Assembly (NCBI RefSeq): GCF_018977255.1
Contig: NW_024704743.1
Location: 73,968,001-74,032,000 of the forward strand
Origin: Callorhinchus milii
Lineage: Eukaryota
Direction of reading: 5' to 3'
DNA length: 64,000 nt
The stretch's first letter is position 1. Each line of letters starts with the position of its first letter. The position numbers were made by a program, and so were the translations under genes. The notes under the pieces were generated by a model. That model did not search any database, was not told the DNA's origin, and worked only from the letters and a program-made list of their open reading frames with translations. Shown here in pieces: positions 1 through 11,800 of the stretch.

Positions 1-240
1 GATACATGTTTCTCAAGATTATCAAGGCCATAATTAACATTACATATATTCAATAACCAATATTTTTACCATGGTTTCTATAGATATGTCTCCAGTAAAT
101 TATGTTCCTATAATTAACATTAGCCAGTTATTTTTCTTACACCAGGTTCATCCATGATAATGAGGAATTTCTGTTTCAAGTTACGTTAGTCAGTTTAATG
201 AATTCCAAATCAATTAAACAAGTGTTTATAATAATAGTAA

Positions 241-405
241 CTTACCGCTCCACCCTCACCTCCATTAAATCAACCTTGTACTCCAAGATAATCTTGGAGG
301 TCAAGGACAACCCCAGGCTCCTTTTCTCCACCACCAACCGGCTCCTCCACCCACCCTCTCACTCCTCGCCCATCCTCCCCTCTAACTCTAACTGCGAGAA
401 GATGC
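241..405 (+). mobile_element. L2-clade LINE ORF2 fragment
   Basis: Translates YRSTLTSIKSTLYSKIILEVKDNPRLLFSTTNRLLHPP, matching L2 copies at ~5755-5890 and ~56720-56860. Confidence 0.85.
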
Positions 406-1739
406 ATATTCTTCCTGCGACCTGTAAATTGAGTTCCATTCAATAACTGGTAAGAGACTGTCTTCAGACACCATTTCTTGATGAGGATACAATGAAATTG
501 ACCAGGCAGCACAGAGGCGGTCACAGCAGATATGTTAATAGCAAGGCAGTGTTCAATTGATCACTTTGGATAGAATCATGCATTTTTCTATAATGAGAGA
601 GTATTGATCCATATGTACTAAATTTTACCAGCACTTTTGATAGTCACCTTTAAATGTTGATGATATTAAGATTGCGTTGAAAGAATTAATAAAACCTGAG
701 CTTCAGGTTTTAAAAGATGTGATGAAAATGTAAAAACAATTTTGATTTAATTTATAAGACAATTAGATGTATAAAGTTACAATTAGTTATATAAAGTTGA
801 TTGTGTTTTTGTGTCTTTTTTTCTTTTAATTTTTTTTACTCATTGGCATATTCCTCTGTTCCTCGTCTCTGGCATCCTAGGATGTGGTTCTGTAGGCACA
901 CGTTGTCCTCTGCCACCGAGCCCTGTGGCCATTGTTCATATGTGGATGTTCCAGAGCAGTGATAGCCTGCTGGGCCATCAAGAAGCGTTCCCCTTGAACG
1001 TTCGCACTAGTCTAGGTAAGTCCATGTTCGATCAGTAGTTTGTATTCAGTTTTTTCTTGATTGAATATTTGATTAAATATTTCTTGATTTATGTCTTAAT
1101 TCAAACAATAATATTTATTTTGTGGGCCGACCATAAAGTTTGGCCACCACTGCTTTAGAGGGTATCATTCAAGCCTGACCTCTCCTCACCTGGCTGTTAC
1201 ATCATATGTGCTACCAGCAGAGGGAACCATGACTGGTTTCTCCTCCATAAAACTATCAGAACCAATGTCACCTTCCCATGCGGTCCTAGTAGATACTAGC
1301 AACCTTAGGACAAATCAGGATTCGAACAGGCAAGATATATGATATATAGTTTTTATTAATGGTTTAATTTTTGGTCAGACATGCAGAAACCAAACCATAT
1401 TCCCAAACCAGAGTTCCACATATGCATGTCACCTATGCATGGAAATTTCCTGTGTCTGGAATGGAGTACGTATTCCCTCCCTGGAGTGATTCATTCTGCT
1501 TACCTAATTCCAGAAAGTATTAGTTACAGATTTGTGATGGTCAAGGCCTGTAGACTCCAGAGTGTGTGTTGGAGTACTGGTAAAGTTTAACCAGTTAAAA
1601 TTTGTCCTTGAGAGCACTGTCTGGCAAGCTTCCCACTGCTTACCCAGCTAGGACCACCCCACTGTTAGGCTTGTATAGTGTTAACATGAATTGAGTGGGA
1701 AAAATCCCTTTTCTCTAGTCCTTGCCCCATTTCATAGGA

Positions 1740-1885
1740 AACTTGACTTGAGAAGATAAGAGAACGGTATGGGTGAGGTAATTAGGAGGGATGAGGCTCA
1801 TATGAAGTATAAACACCCACATGGACTGGTTGGGATGAATGACCTGCCTTCCATACTGTAAAGTTCTATGTAATTCAATGTAATC
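1740..1885 (+). mobile_element. CR1-type LINE 3' end fragment
   Basis: gaggctcatatgaagtataaacacc...ggactggttgggatgaatgacctg...aaagttctatgtaattcaatgtaat, a CR1-like 3'UTR ending in a short tandem repeat. Confidence 0.55.
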
Positions 1886-2084
1886 TCTTTAACAACTGCA
1901 TCACCATGATGGGTGACAATTTAACATGATTTTGATTCATTTTTCAGTTAAACAAGTAGGGTCATCTCAATTTATGGTTCATATTCAACATCTGATAGGT
2001 AATGCAGATTGCATATGATTTGTGAACAAAGAGTTAAGTAAACTGAGAAGCTACATGGTTATAGTAATTATTTAATGTAACACT

Positions 2085-2580
2085 GCAATCAATACAATAC
2101 CATAATATACAATTTACACTTATATAGGGCTTTTCACGTCACAAGGATGTTTCAAAGCATTTTATATAGTTGGCTGGTCAAGGGGGTTGGGGGGGTGGAA
2201 GGGAGGGAAGGTGACTGAAAGCACAGTAAAAGAGGAGTCTTAAGAAGTGGGGAAGGAGTCAGAGGGACGAGTCAGAGGGATTCCAGAATGGAGTGGAGAG
2301 AGTGGGGGTAGAATGGCTGAAAGCTCGCCCACCAATGGTGGGGCAAACTGTAGGTGGGGGAAGGTGGGGTGGGAATGACACAGGCCAGTGTTTGCTGAAT
2401 AAAGAGAGTGGCCAGATACGTAAGTTCACAGCAGGTCACAGAGGTAGGGTGGGACAAAGGACTGGAAGCTTTTGAAAGTGCGGATGAGAATCTTGAAATT
2501 GATCCACTGGGGAATGGAAAGCAGTGAAGATGAGCGAGGATGGGTGGGAGGGGATGTGATTCAGATGCGATAAGGTAACT
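2085..2580 (-). mobile_element. Old L2 3' fragment with (TTGTA)n-like tail
   Basis: Reverse complement has the L2 3' motif (gtgaaaagccctatataagtgtaaattg) and C-terminal ORF2-like sequence; similar copies at ~18580-18840 and ~20500-20840. Confidence 0.7.
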
Positions 2581-2874
2581 ATTCCCACTGCAATATATAA
2601 AGGATGCTTCGAAGGGAATCATAAACTACTGCAAATTATTTTCCAGTGGGAGGGTGAGCCAATAGCTCACAAATGATAGAGTCACCAGTGAGTTATAAAG
2701 TAATCCTCATGAATGGCAGAGAAAAAAACAATATTTATGATTCCCACAAACCATTTTAATGCCTCCCCATTTAATTTGATGCAGAAATGTAAACTATTCA
2801 TAACTGGATGGCGGTACTTGAAACTATGCTTCAGTATCATGAGGCCACAATGCAAGACCATTCCAGCAAGAATA

Positions 2875-3230
2875 ATAATAATGGTAATCCCTGCATTTTA
2901 TAAAGCGCTTTTATTATAGCATTGTTGAGACATCTCAAAATGCTTCACAGAATATACTAGAAAGTGAATTGACTGTATATTTTGTGGGTCCATTATAGCA
3001 GCCAAATGCGCACAGCAGTGTCCCACAAACAGTTATGGATTGAATTTTTTAAAAAGGGATTATTACCCTCAGAAAGTGATCTGCCAATCGACAAACAACT
3101 GACTTCCTACTTACTGCTAAGTAAACAGAGCATGCGGAGTAGGGAAACCTGCCTATGTTTTGCCCTGCCAAACCCAGATCCTCTTGCGTGTGAGGCAAGT
3201 GCTCTAACCAATACGTTACAGACTCCACAC
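2875..3230 (-). mobile_element. tRNA-derived Deu-domain SINE, older long subfamily
   Basis: tRNA-like head (ttggttagagcacttg), extra segment ctctgtttacttagcagtaagtaggaa, Deu-like core (gtgggacactgctgtgcgcatttggctgc), L2-like tail. Confidence 0.8.
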
Positions 3231-3539
3231 TGTGAAGCTATCCTGTGAAGGGCACTAAGTAAATGCAAGTTGATTTTTGCTTTCAGCTGCTGTGTCTCAT
3301 AGCTCTGGAACTTCCTGCTGTGATCCCTCCTTCACTTTGACCCCTCTTTGCCCAATTTCAGGTTGTACCTGAAGATTTCCCTCTCTGACCATGCCTACGT
3401 TCACCTATCCTTTTTCCCTGGTTCAGTGTCAAACTATGCGTGTTCAAAGCTCAGAGACGCGACCCCATGTGAAAGGCACTATGTTGGGTTGTTGTTGTTG
3501 TGCACAGTTGAGCCAGGACAGCGAGTGCCTGAGAACTAT

Positions 3540-3785
3540 TCAACCACAGAAGGTATCAGAGCCAAGCTTGATCCTGTTCTCACTCAATGTGTGCATGTTT
3601 GCCAGCAGAGGCCACTGACCAAGGATCAGAAGTGAGAATCCTGACTTCCCTGTATTCCCGGTGCACTGAGGCAATCATACAGCCTCACCCCCTCCATTCC
3701 CACCTGGGATTGGTTTACTCAGGTGAGGGCCTTCCTGAACAGTATGGCTCAGCTTTGTGCTCGGAAATGGCCAACTGAGCCACAA
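3540..3785 (-). mobile_element. Ancient unclassified SINE-like repeat
   Basis: Diverged copies at ~850-1000, 1160-1330, 10060-10110, 13800-14050, 30830-31110 and 41030-41300; the reverse strand starts with a tRNA-like ggctcagttgg. Confidence 0.5.
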
Positions 3786-3789
3786 CTGA

Positions 3790-4140
3790 GTCTGGGCTGA
3801 CACCCCAATGCAGAATTGGGGTGTCCTGCATTTTGGAGGTGCTGTCTTCGGATGAGATGTTAAACTGGGGTCCAGATGTCTGCCTGTTCAAACAGATGTA
3901 AAAGATTCTATGGCATTATTTGAAAAGAGAAGGGAGTTTCTTTAATTGTCCTGGCCAGCAATCCCCCAGATAAAATTGGTCATTAACTTCATGGCTGTTT
4001 GTGGAACATTGCTCTGTGCCAATTGATTTGTCTACAAATATTCATACAGTCACTGAACTTCACATTAAATCCTTTAAATGGCTTTGAAATGTCTCAACAA
4101 TGTGATAAGAAGCTATAACAAATGCAATTATTATTATTGC
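3790..4140 (+). mobile_element. Old DeuSINE (SacSINE1/AmnSINE1-like)
   Basis: Full Deu core: ggtgctgtcttcggatgagatgttaaac...gtaaaagattctatggcattatttgaaaagagaagggagttt...gtcctggcc; (TTA)n tail. Confidence 0.75.
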
Positions 4141-4960
4141 TAATTGCTTTTTATTATTATTATTACTGCTTATTATTAATAATAACTATTGCTTTTTACC
4201 TCAGTTAGTGAGTACAGAGGAAACTCACTATCAGCAAACGGACTGATCCAACATCATCAGAATATTCCCTGTCTGATGCCTTGTTCCATCTTGTGGAGGT
4301 TTTTTCCAACATGTGCAGCCTCACATCATGTTTTTTGTTTGTTGCAAACGAAGCACTTTTTATATAAAAAATATGAAATCTGGCAGAATTCTATCACTAT
4401 ATCTGCACAAACATTCTGTGTTTGGTGAAACAGAGGTAAAGCAAACAGTTGTACAATGTACAAAGAATGTGAGTAATAATAATAATGCTTGATTTTGATA
4501 TAGCACCTTTCACCTCCCGATAATGTCTCAAAGGACTTGAAAGGATATACTGTAAGGTACAGTGACTGTGTAATTTGTAGGCAAATTCTGCGTTTGTTGA
4601 AACTGAGATTGATTGCCGTACAATAAATATTGGATGACCATCCTGGGTTAAAGGAAATCAATTTTAAATGCTGCAGAAATCAATCACAAGAAGGGTCCTG
4701 AGTATAAGCAAGACGCACTTCAATCATATAACTGACCACAAGGGATAGCCCATGATTACAAAGTCAGCATTTTTTTGAGTTGCATCTATTTCTGGCCCAA
4801 GACTGCTTAGGTCATGATATTAGATAATTATTTCTTCCAATATGGTGATGTGACCTTCTTCAAAACGAGAACACAACACTGGTTATTCTCTGATCTTGGC
4901 AGCATGAGCCTATTATTTTCCAAATTTACAGAGTTTGGCAGTTCTCCTCTATCCTGTAGA

Positions 4961-5274
4961 GTGGAGTCCTGTAGCTCAGTGGTTAGAGCACTCGCTTTGC
5001 AAGTGAGAGACCTGAGTTCAATTCCAGGCAGGGCGAAACCTTGGGCAAATTTCCTTAATCCACACGCCTAATAATAATCCCTCCAAAAAACAAAAGAATA
5101 ATAAATTGGTCATTTGCAATCCATAACTGTTCGTGGGACATTGCTGTGCGCAATTGGCTGCCGTGTTCGCCCACAAATATACCGTTTACAGTATATTCTG
5201 TGAAGCGCTTTGGGACGTCCTCCCGACGTGAAAAGCGCTATATCAAATGCAAGGATTATTATTATTATTATTAT
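4961..5274 (+). mobile_element. Young tRNA(Ala)-derived SINE, near full length
   Basis: A box TAGCTCAGTGG, TGC anticodon-like loop, B box GTTCAATTCC, Deu-like core, L2-like 3' stem-loop and (TTA)n tail; close copies at 17631, 55068 and 59591. Confidence 0.92.
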
Positions 5275-5537
5275 CCCATTGAAAGTGAACACTGCTTAGG
5301 AGTCTTGTAGGGTTATCTACAAAATATACTGTCACTACACTTTGTAGTAAATTTGAGAGTGAAAGAGGAAACCAAGAACAATACTTTAGGATGTACCAAG
5401 ATGATAGATCCAGAGAATGTAGGTTAAGAGTTGTTAAGAGCAATCTCAGGACAGATACAAGAAAGTTTTTCTTTACTCAGAGGGCATTTAATACCCGAAG
5501 GGTGTTTGAAGCCAGAACTCTGGATTCCTGACACTGA

Positions 5538-7130
5538 ATGACCTATTCTCCTCGGTCACTCTTCTCCACAGCTCCCTCTCCTTCACTCTTGATTCCCTTG
5601 CTCCCCTTACGTACCGAACCATGTCCTACTCACGTAAGTCACCACGGTATAACAGCCAACTGCGCTCCCTTAAAGCACAGATGCGTGCTGCTGCACGCAC
5701 CTGGCTTAAATCAAACTTAACAATCCATCGGCAAATGGCTGGACCTTATCAAATCCTACCGCTCCACCCACGCCTCCGTTAAATTGTCGTTCTATTCCGA
5801 GACAAGCTTGGAGGACAAGGACAAACCCAGGCTCCTCTTCTTCATTACCAACCAGCACCTCCGCCCACCCTCTTACGACTTGTCCATCCTCATGTCCAAT
5901 ACCAACTACGAGGCAATGCTGGACTTCCTCAAATCCAAAGTTCAGTTTCCTCTGCTCATCCGTCTACTACCCACTTCCTATCTCCCCTCACACCCCGGCC
6001 CCTACCTATCCCTCTCTGCACACCTTTGAACCTGTCTCCCACTCCTCTCTCACTACGACTATAACCCACATGAAATGAACTACCTGCTCAACCCCATCCC
6101 TACCCTTCTCCTTACCTCTCAGCTCCACCTCTTTGCCCCTCTACTCACAAACATCATAAACCTCTCCCTGTCCACTGGTATTGTTCCCACCCCATTAAAA
6201 ACGGCCATCACCACTCCTATCCTCCTGTGCCCACAGCACAGAAACAGCCCTGGTCAAAGTTACAAATAACATTCTGTGCATCTGCAACCAGGGCTCCCTC
6301 TGCCTCTTCGTCCTCCTTGACCTCTCTGCTGCCTTCGACACCATTGATCATTCTATCCTCATTCACCGCCTCTCCTCTCACCGCAACCTTCCCGGTTCTG
6401 TCCTTGACTGGTTCAGATCGTATCTTTCACACTGCTTGCACTTCATCTCCACAAACAGCTTCTCCTCCAGCCTCCGCACCATCTCGTGCAGTGTTCCTCA
6501 GGGCCCTGTCCTTGGTCTCCTCCCCTTCAATATCTACATGCTCCCTCTTGGTGACATCATCCGCAGACATGGGGTCAACTTCCACATCTATGTGGATGAC
6601 ACCCAACTTTGTCTCTCTACCTTCACCCTTGACTCCAGGACCACTGCTGTGCTGACAGAATGTCAAGTCCTGGATGAGAGCTAACTTTCTTCAGTTGAAT
6701 ATCAACAACACCGAGGCTCTCCTGATTGGCTCACACCTCAGGCGCTCATGGCATCACCATCCATGGTTGCACACTCCACCTTACTAAGCCGGTCTGGAAC
6801 CTTGGCATCTTGTTTGACCCTCAACTATCCTTTCTACCCCACATTTGTGCCATGACCCCCTCTGCTTTCCCCACCTCCACAACATCACCCGGCTCCGCTA
6901 CTGTCTCACACCTCAAGCTGTCAAAACCCTCATACACGCATTTATTACATCGAGGCTCGACTATGCAAACTCCTTGCTTGTCGGCTTCCCCAACTCCTCC
7001 CTTCACAGGCTGCAGACCATCCAGAACTCTGCAGCCCATGTCCTCTTCCGCACCAGACTCCGTGACCCTATCACCCCCATCTTTGCCCAATTCCACTGGT
7101 TTCCCATCACACAGAGGATATAGTTCAAGA
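5538..7130 (+). mobile_element. L2 LINE ORF2 (degenerate RT), 5' part; interrupted by a Penelope-like insertion
   Basis: [40 protein letters not shown] (YxDD) and [17 protein letters not shown]; frameshifts and an internal deletion. Confidence 0.93.
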
Positions 7131-8820
7131 AACAAAAACAGAAGTTGCTGGGAACACTCAGCAGGTCAGGCAGCATCTAAGGAGAAAGGAAGATGAGTCA
7201 ATGTTTCGGGTCCATGACACTTCGTCAGAACTAGGGCATGTTGGGAGGGAGAGGCTTTTATAAGGGCTAACAGAGAGCGAGGAGGCAGGGCAAGGAAGAC
7301 AAAACAGAAAACGGGGTAGAGGACAGGGCATGATGGGTTAGAGTGGTGTTAATAATGTAAAATAAAGGGGGGGGTTGCAACCAAACAGGGAATAGAGGTG
7401 TAAATACTGCAAAACAAGGGGATAGATGGGAAATTGCAACAAAACAGGCAATTCAGGGAGAGAAAAGGCAGCGAATGCAATAAACTACATTGGTGTTAGT
7501 ACATGTAAATCGCTGTCTCACATGAAATCTGTGTTGGGGCCCTGAAAAGTGATATGGAAGAAGGTGAAAGGGCAGGTATTGCATCTCCTGCGCTGGCATG
7601 GGAAGGTGCCGGGGGGAGGAAAGTAACTGTTGGTGGTGATGGAGGAATGAACCAGGGAGTCACGGAGGGAACGGCCCCTTCAGAATGATGAGAGGGGAGG
7701 GGAGAGAAAGACATGTTTAGTGGTTGGATCACCCTGGAAGCGCTGGAAATGGTGGAGAATTATTTGTTGGATGTTGAGGTTGGGGGGTGTAAGGTGAGGA
7801 TTAGGGGCACTCTATCATGATTCTGGGAAGAGGGGGAAGGGGTTAGAGCAAAGGTGCGGAAAATAGGGCAGACACGGTCAAGGGCCCTGCCTACTAGAGT
7901 GGATGGGAATCCTCGGTTGAGGAAAAAGGAAGACATTTCAGCTGCTCTGGTGAGAAAGGTGGCATCGTCAGAGCAGATGCGGTGGAGGCGGAAGAACTGG
8001 GAAAAGGGAATGGAGTCTTTACAGGAGGTGGGGTGGGAGGAGGTAATCCAGGTAACTGTGGAAGTTGGTGGGCTCGCAAAAGATATCTGTTGGAAGAGTT
8101 GGAGATGGACCATGTGAATATTATGGAGGGATGGAAGGTGGAAGCGAAGTTGGTTAATTTTTCCAGCTCACTGTGAGACCAGGAAGCATTCCCAACACAG
8201 TAGCTGAGGAATAGGTCAGGGACCGGACCTGAGTAGGCCCGGAATAAAGAGTATTCCAGGTGGCCAACAACCAAGCAGGCGTAGCTTGTATCCATGTGGG
8301 TTCCCATATCGACACCTTTCACTTGGTGGAAGTGGTTGGAGTTGAAGGTGAAGTTGTTCAACGTCAGAACAAGTTCAGCCAGGGGAAGGAGGGTGGTGGT
8401 AGATGGAAACTGGTTAGGCCGCTGTTTGAGGTGGAAGCGGAGGGCCTACAGGCCGTACTTGTAGGGGTTGGAGGTGTAGAGGGACTGAACATCCATTGTA
8501 AATAGGAGAAAGTCAGGGCCAGGGAACTGGAAATTGTTGAAGTGGCGGAGGGCGTCACAGATATAGGTTGGTAGGGCCTGTACAAAAGGAACCAAAATGG
8601 TGTCCAGATATGAGGAGATCAGTTCGGTGGAGCAGGAACAGGCTGAAACAATAGGTCTCCCAGGACAGTCCTGTTTATGGATCTTGGGGAGGAGGCTGTG
8701 CATGACTGGGGGGGCTATGAGATTAGAGGCTGTGGTATGAAGCTCCACAGAGGAGATGAGGTCATTGACTATCTTGGTGATGATGGCTTGGTGTTCAGTT
8801 GTAGGGTCATGGACAGTTCA
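7131..8820 (-). mobile_element. Penelope-like retroelement, 5'-truncated and degenerate (RT + partial GIY-YIG endonuclease + terminal region)
   Basis: LLPKIHKQDCPGRPIVSAC, LFTMDVQSLYT, NNFTFNSNHFHQVKGVDMGT, SHPTSCKDSIPFSQFFRLHRICS; my translation FHVRQRFTCTNTNVVYCIRC at ~7468-7527 is the GIY half-motif; flanked by a 9-bp AGTTCAAGA duplication. Confidence 0.9.
7196..7232 (-). ncRNA. Putative minimal type I hammerhead ribozyme (degenerate) in the Penelope terminal region
   Basis: Minus strand AGUU-CUGACGA-AGUGUCAUGGACCC-GAAAC-AUU-GACU: CUGAnGA and GAAA cores, stem II GUC/GAC, stem I AGUU/GACU. Confidence 0.55.
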
Positions 8821-9188
8821 AGTTCAAGATCCTGGTCCTCACCTTCAGAGCCCTCCATGGTCTTGCTCCCCCCTAACTCTGCAACCTCCTAACCCTCTAC
8901 TATCCTGTTATGTCCCCCGACTCGCCTGCCCCACCATTGGCGGGCAGGCCTTCTGCCACTCTGCTCCTATACTCCATCCCACAATCTCTCTGCCTTGCCC
9001 CTTTCCTTGTCTCCTTCAAGATCCATCTCAAGACCCTCCTCTTCGACCGTGTTTTTGATCTCCCTGCTTCCCCCCACCCCGCCCTCCACCCACCCCAATT
9101 CCGACCCCCAGCTCGGGTCTGAAATACTGACTGTCCTCCCAATGTGAAAGGCGCTAAACAAATGTAATTTTGTTTTTGTTGTTGTTGG
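8821..9188 (+). mobile_element. L2 LINE 3' part (continuation of 5538-7130)
   Basis: Resumes agttcaagatcctggtcctcacc as in the uninterrupted copy at ~58400; ends gtgaaaggcgctaaacaaatgtaattttg(ttg)n. Confidence 0.9.
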
Positions 9189-10429
9189 ATTCATTTAAAA
9201 ATCAGCTTGATGCTGTGATGAAAGGATGGTAGGGTGGAATTTGCTCAAGGGATGAGATCAGATGAGTCAAAGGGCCTTCTTCATCCAAACTGATGTATGA
9301 TCTTGTGAGATACTGTCGTGAAATGTAAGGCGCTACATCAAATGTAAGGATTATTAAACAAGTGGAAAATCACATTTGTACAATACTATCAACAAGCAAT
9401 AAATAACTCCCTGTATGTTGGGTAAATATAAAGACACCAACTGTTGGACAATGAGAGAGACAACCTAAATAATTTATCTGTAAAAAGCGTACATATTTTT
9501 ATATCAATCAGATGCATTGAAATATATTGAAATTATTTGCAAAAATGAGCAAGTCTCACTTCAAACAAGTGAGGTGGCCACATCACTTAGGTCTTTTTGT
9601 AGTAAATGAACATGCAAGACTTGAGCAGCTGCTTGAATTTCAATCAAATGGAACCCATGCTGATTCACTGACATTAGAAGAAAAGAGCGAACACAATTTT
9701 GCCAAAGTAATGAATAGAAACATTTAGTGCCTTCCAGCTGTGAACTTAACGTTTACTGCAAACCTAAACCATAAACATGTGAAGGTTCATGGATTTGCTT
9801 GAAAACATCACTTCAATGGAGGTTGAAAAAGTACAGAAGTGCTATAATTAACACACACGTCACACAGAGTGATTTTGTGTATAAGCATAATACTAATGAC
9901 TTAGGGCTGAGAGAGCTTTTGACTATGTTGCATTTCCTGTTTTTACAAGTGCAAACCCATATACTGTAGGTACAATGATCTGGAAATTAGTGAGTTAATT
10001 CAATGTGCAGTCTACTTATGCATAGTGGGAGGTTTCCTAGATTTGGCCACATGTTAGGGAAGGGGAAAATCAGCCAGGGTTCCTGCTCCTAACTGATATC
10101 CAACAAATCCTTATTTTCTTTTCAAGCCTAAAAATTATTTCAAGTCAACAATTTGCATTTATATAAAGCCCTTCATGTGGGGAGCGAGGTGGTGACCATA
10201 AGCATGACTGAAGAGGAAGTTCTTCAGGCGTGATCTGAAAAAAAGTGAAGGAGGGGGAAAGGCAGAGGGATTGAGGGAAAGAGTTCCAAAGTTTCGGGGT
10301 GTAGTGGTTGAAAGCATGGCCATCCTTTTATACAGTGCTGGAGTACAATGTAAAGGTATTTTGTTGCAATATGAGGTTTCCCCCTTGGCAATTCTATTAC
10401 ATCCATTCAATACTTTTACCTCCTATTTT

Positions 10430-10800
10430 ACTTTCCATATACGGGAACATGCACTCTTCTACCAGTGATTAGTCCAGATGCATAGCCTGTTGAGCTTTCC
10501 TTGTAGGTTCTTGACAGCTTCTTTGATTCCATAGTTCCCACTAACATGGAGTCATCTGACAATCTAATCATCTTGCACTAGGTCTGTAAATCCAGGCCAT
10601 TTATATATACTAAAGAACAGGAGGGGTCCCAGCACAAACCCTGAAGCACCCCTACTCGGTAGATCTTTTCATTTCAACTTAGCTCTCCTAATGACTACCC
10701 TCTGCTCCCTTCCCTTAACTAGTTACTAATCCACATCAATGCCTTACCCTTGATACGTTGTGACAATAGTTTTTAATGGAAGCTCTCATGTGATAATTCC
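10430..10800 (-). mobile_element. CR1 LINE RT fragment
   Basis: Reverse complement of gaacaggaggggtcccagcacaaaccctgaagcacccc reads GVLQGLCWDPSC, a frameshifted GVPQGSVLGPLLF-type motif, next to degenerate RT sequence. Confidence 0.65.
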
Positions 10801-11614
10801 CCATGATTCATGATCATGATTCAAATGAATTATTTTAAGAACATCTTACTCCACTATTTAATATTAAAACACATACTGAAACACAAGGGGGTAACCATAA
10901 CATTAAAAAAAAACAAATCAAAACCACTGTTGAGATAAGGCATGCTATATTTTTATATTCTGATATATTTTGTTTCTCAATTTAATGACAACATTTTCTT
11001 AAAAAGCACATCAGTTACAGGGTGCGTTAGAAACCCTTTGGGGTTTCGGACTCATAAGCATTGTGTGAGCTTCTGTCATTCCCTGACTGCTGATTTATGA
11101 TAATAATAATCCTTGTGTTTGATTTAGCACCTTATCACATTGTCAAATTACATTACTATAAAGTGTATTGATTGTGTAGCAAACACAGAAGACAATTTGC
11201 CACAGCAATGTCCCACAAACAGCCATGAAGTGAATGACCAGTTTTATCAAAGGGATTGTTCATTAAGACACTGGGAGAATTTTCTATCTCTTTTTGGATA
11301 GTGCCACAGAACCTTTACATTCCACTTGAACAGACAAATGGGACTTTGATTTAAATTCACATTCAAAGGACAGCACATCTGACAATTCAGCACTCTCCCA
11401 ACATTGGAAAGATGGAAGATGCCAGGACACTGGGCTCATTTGAAAAGCAACTTGATGCTGTGCTGGGGAAATAGGGTGGGTGTCCTGGAGGGATGATATA
11501 GGATCGACCAAAGAGGCTTAATCTTGTAATCTTGTGACTGTCCTTTGGAGTGTCAACCAAGGCAACAAGCTGAAAACCCCTAGTTGGGTCTTGAAACAAC
11601 AAGAACAAAAAATA

Positions 11615-11800
11615 ATAATAATACTTATACTTGCATTTGATAAAACGCTTTTCACGTCTTCTAGACGTCTCAAAATACTTCACAGAATATACTATGAAGT
11701 GAATTGACTGTATATTTGTAGGCGAAATGCGGCAGCCAGATTGCGCACAGAAGTGTCCCACAAACAGTCATGGATTGAAATGACCAATTTATTGTTTTTT
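11615..11800 (-). mobile_element. Young SINE 3' half
   Basis: Tail and Deu core match the 4961 family; head absent. Confidence 0.85.

Noticed and set aside
4963..5035. tRNA-Ala(TGC)-like sequence (also at ~17875-17947, 55070 and 59591)
   Set aside because: It is the SINE head: no proper acceptor stem, and it runs directly into the SINE body and tail
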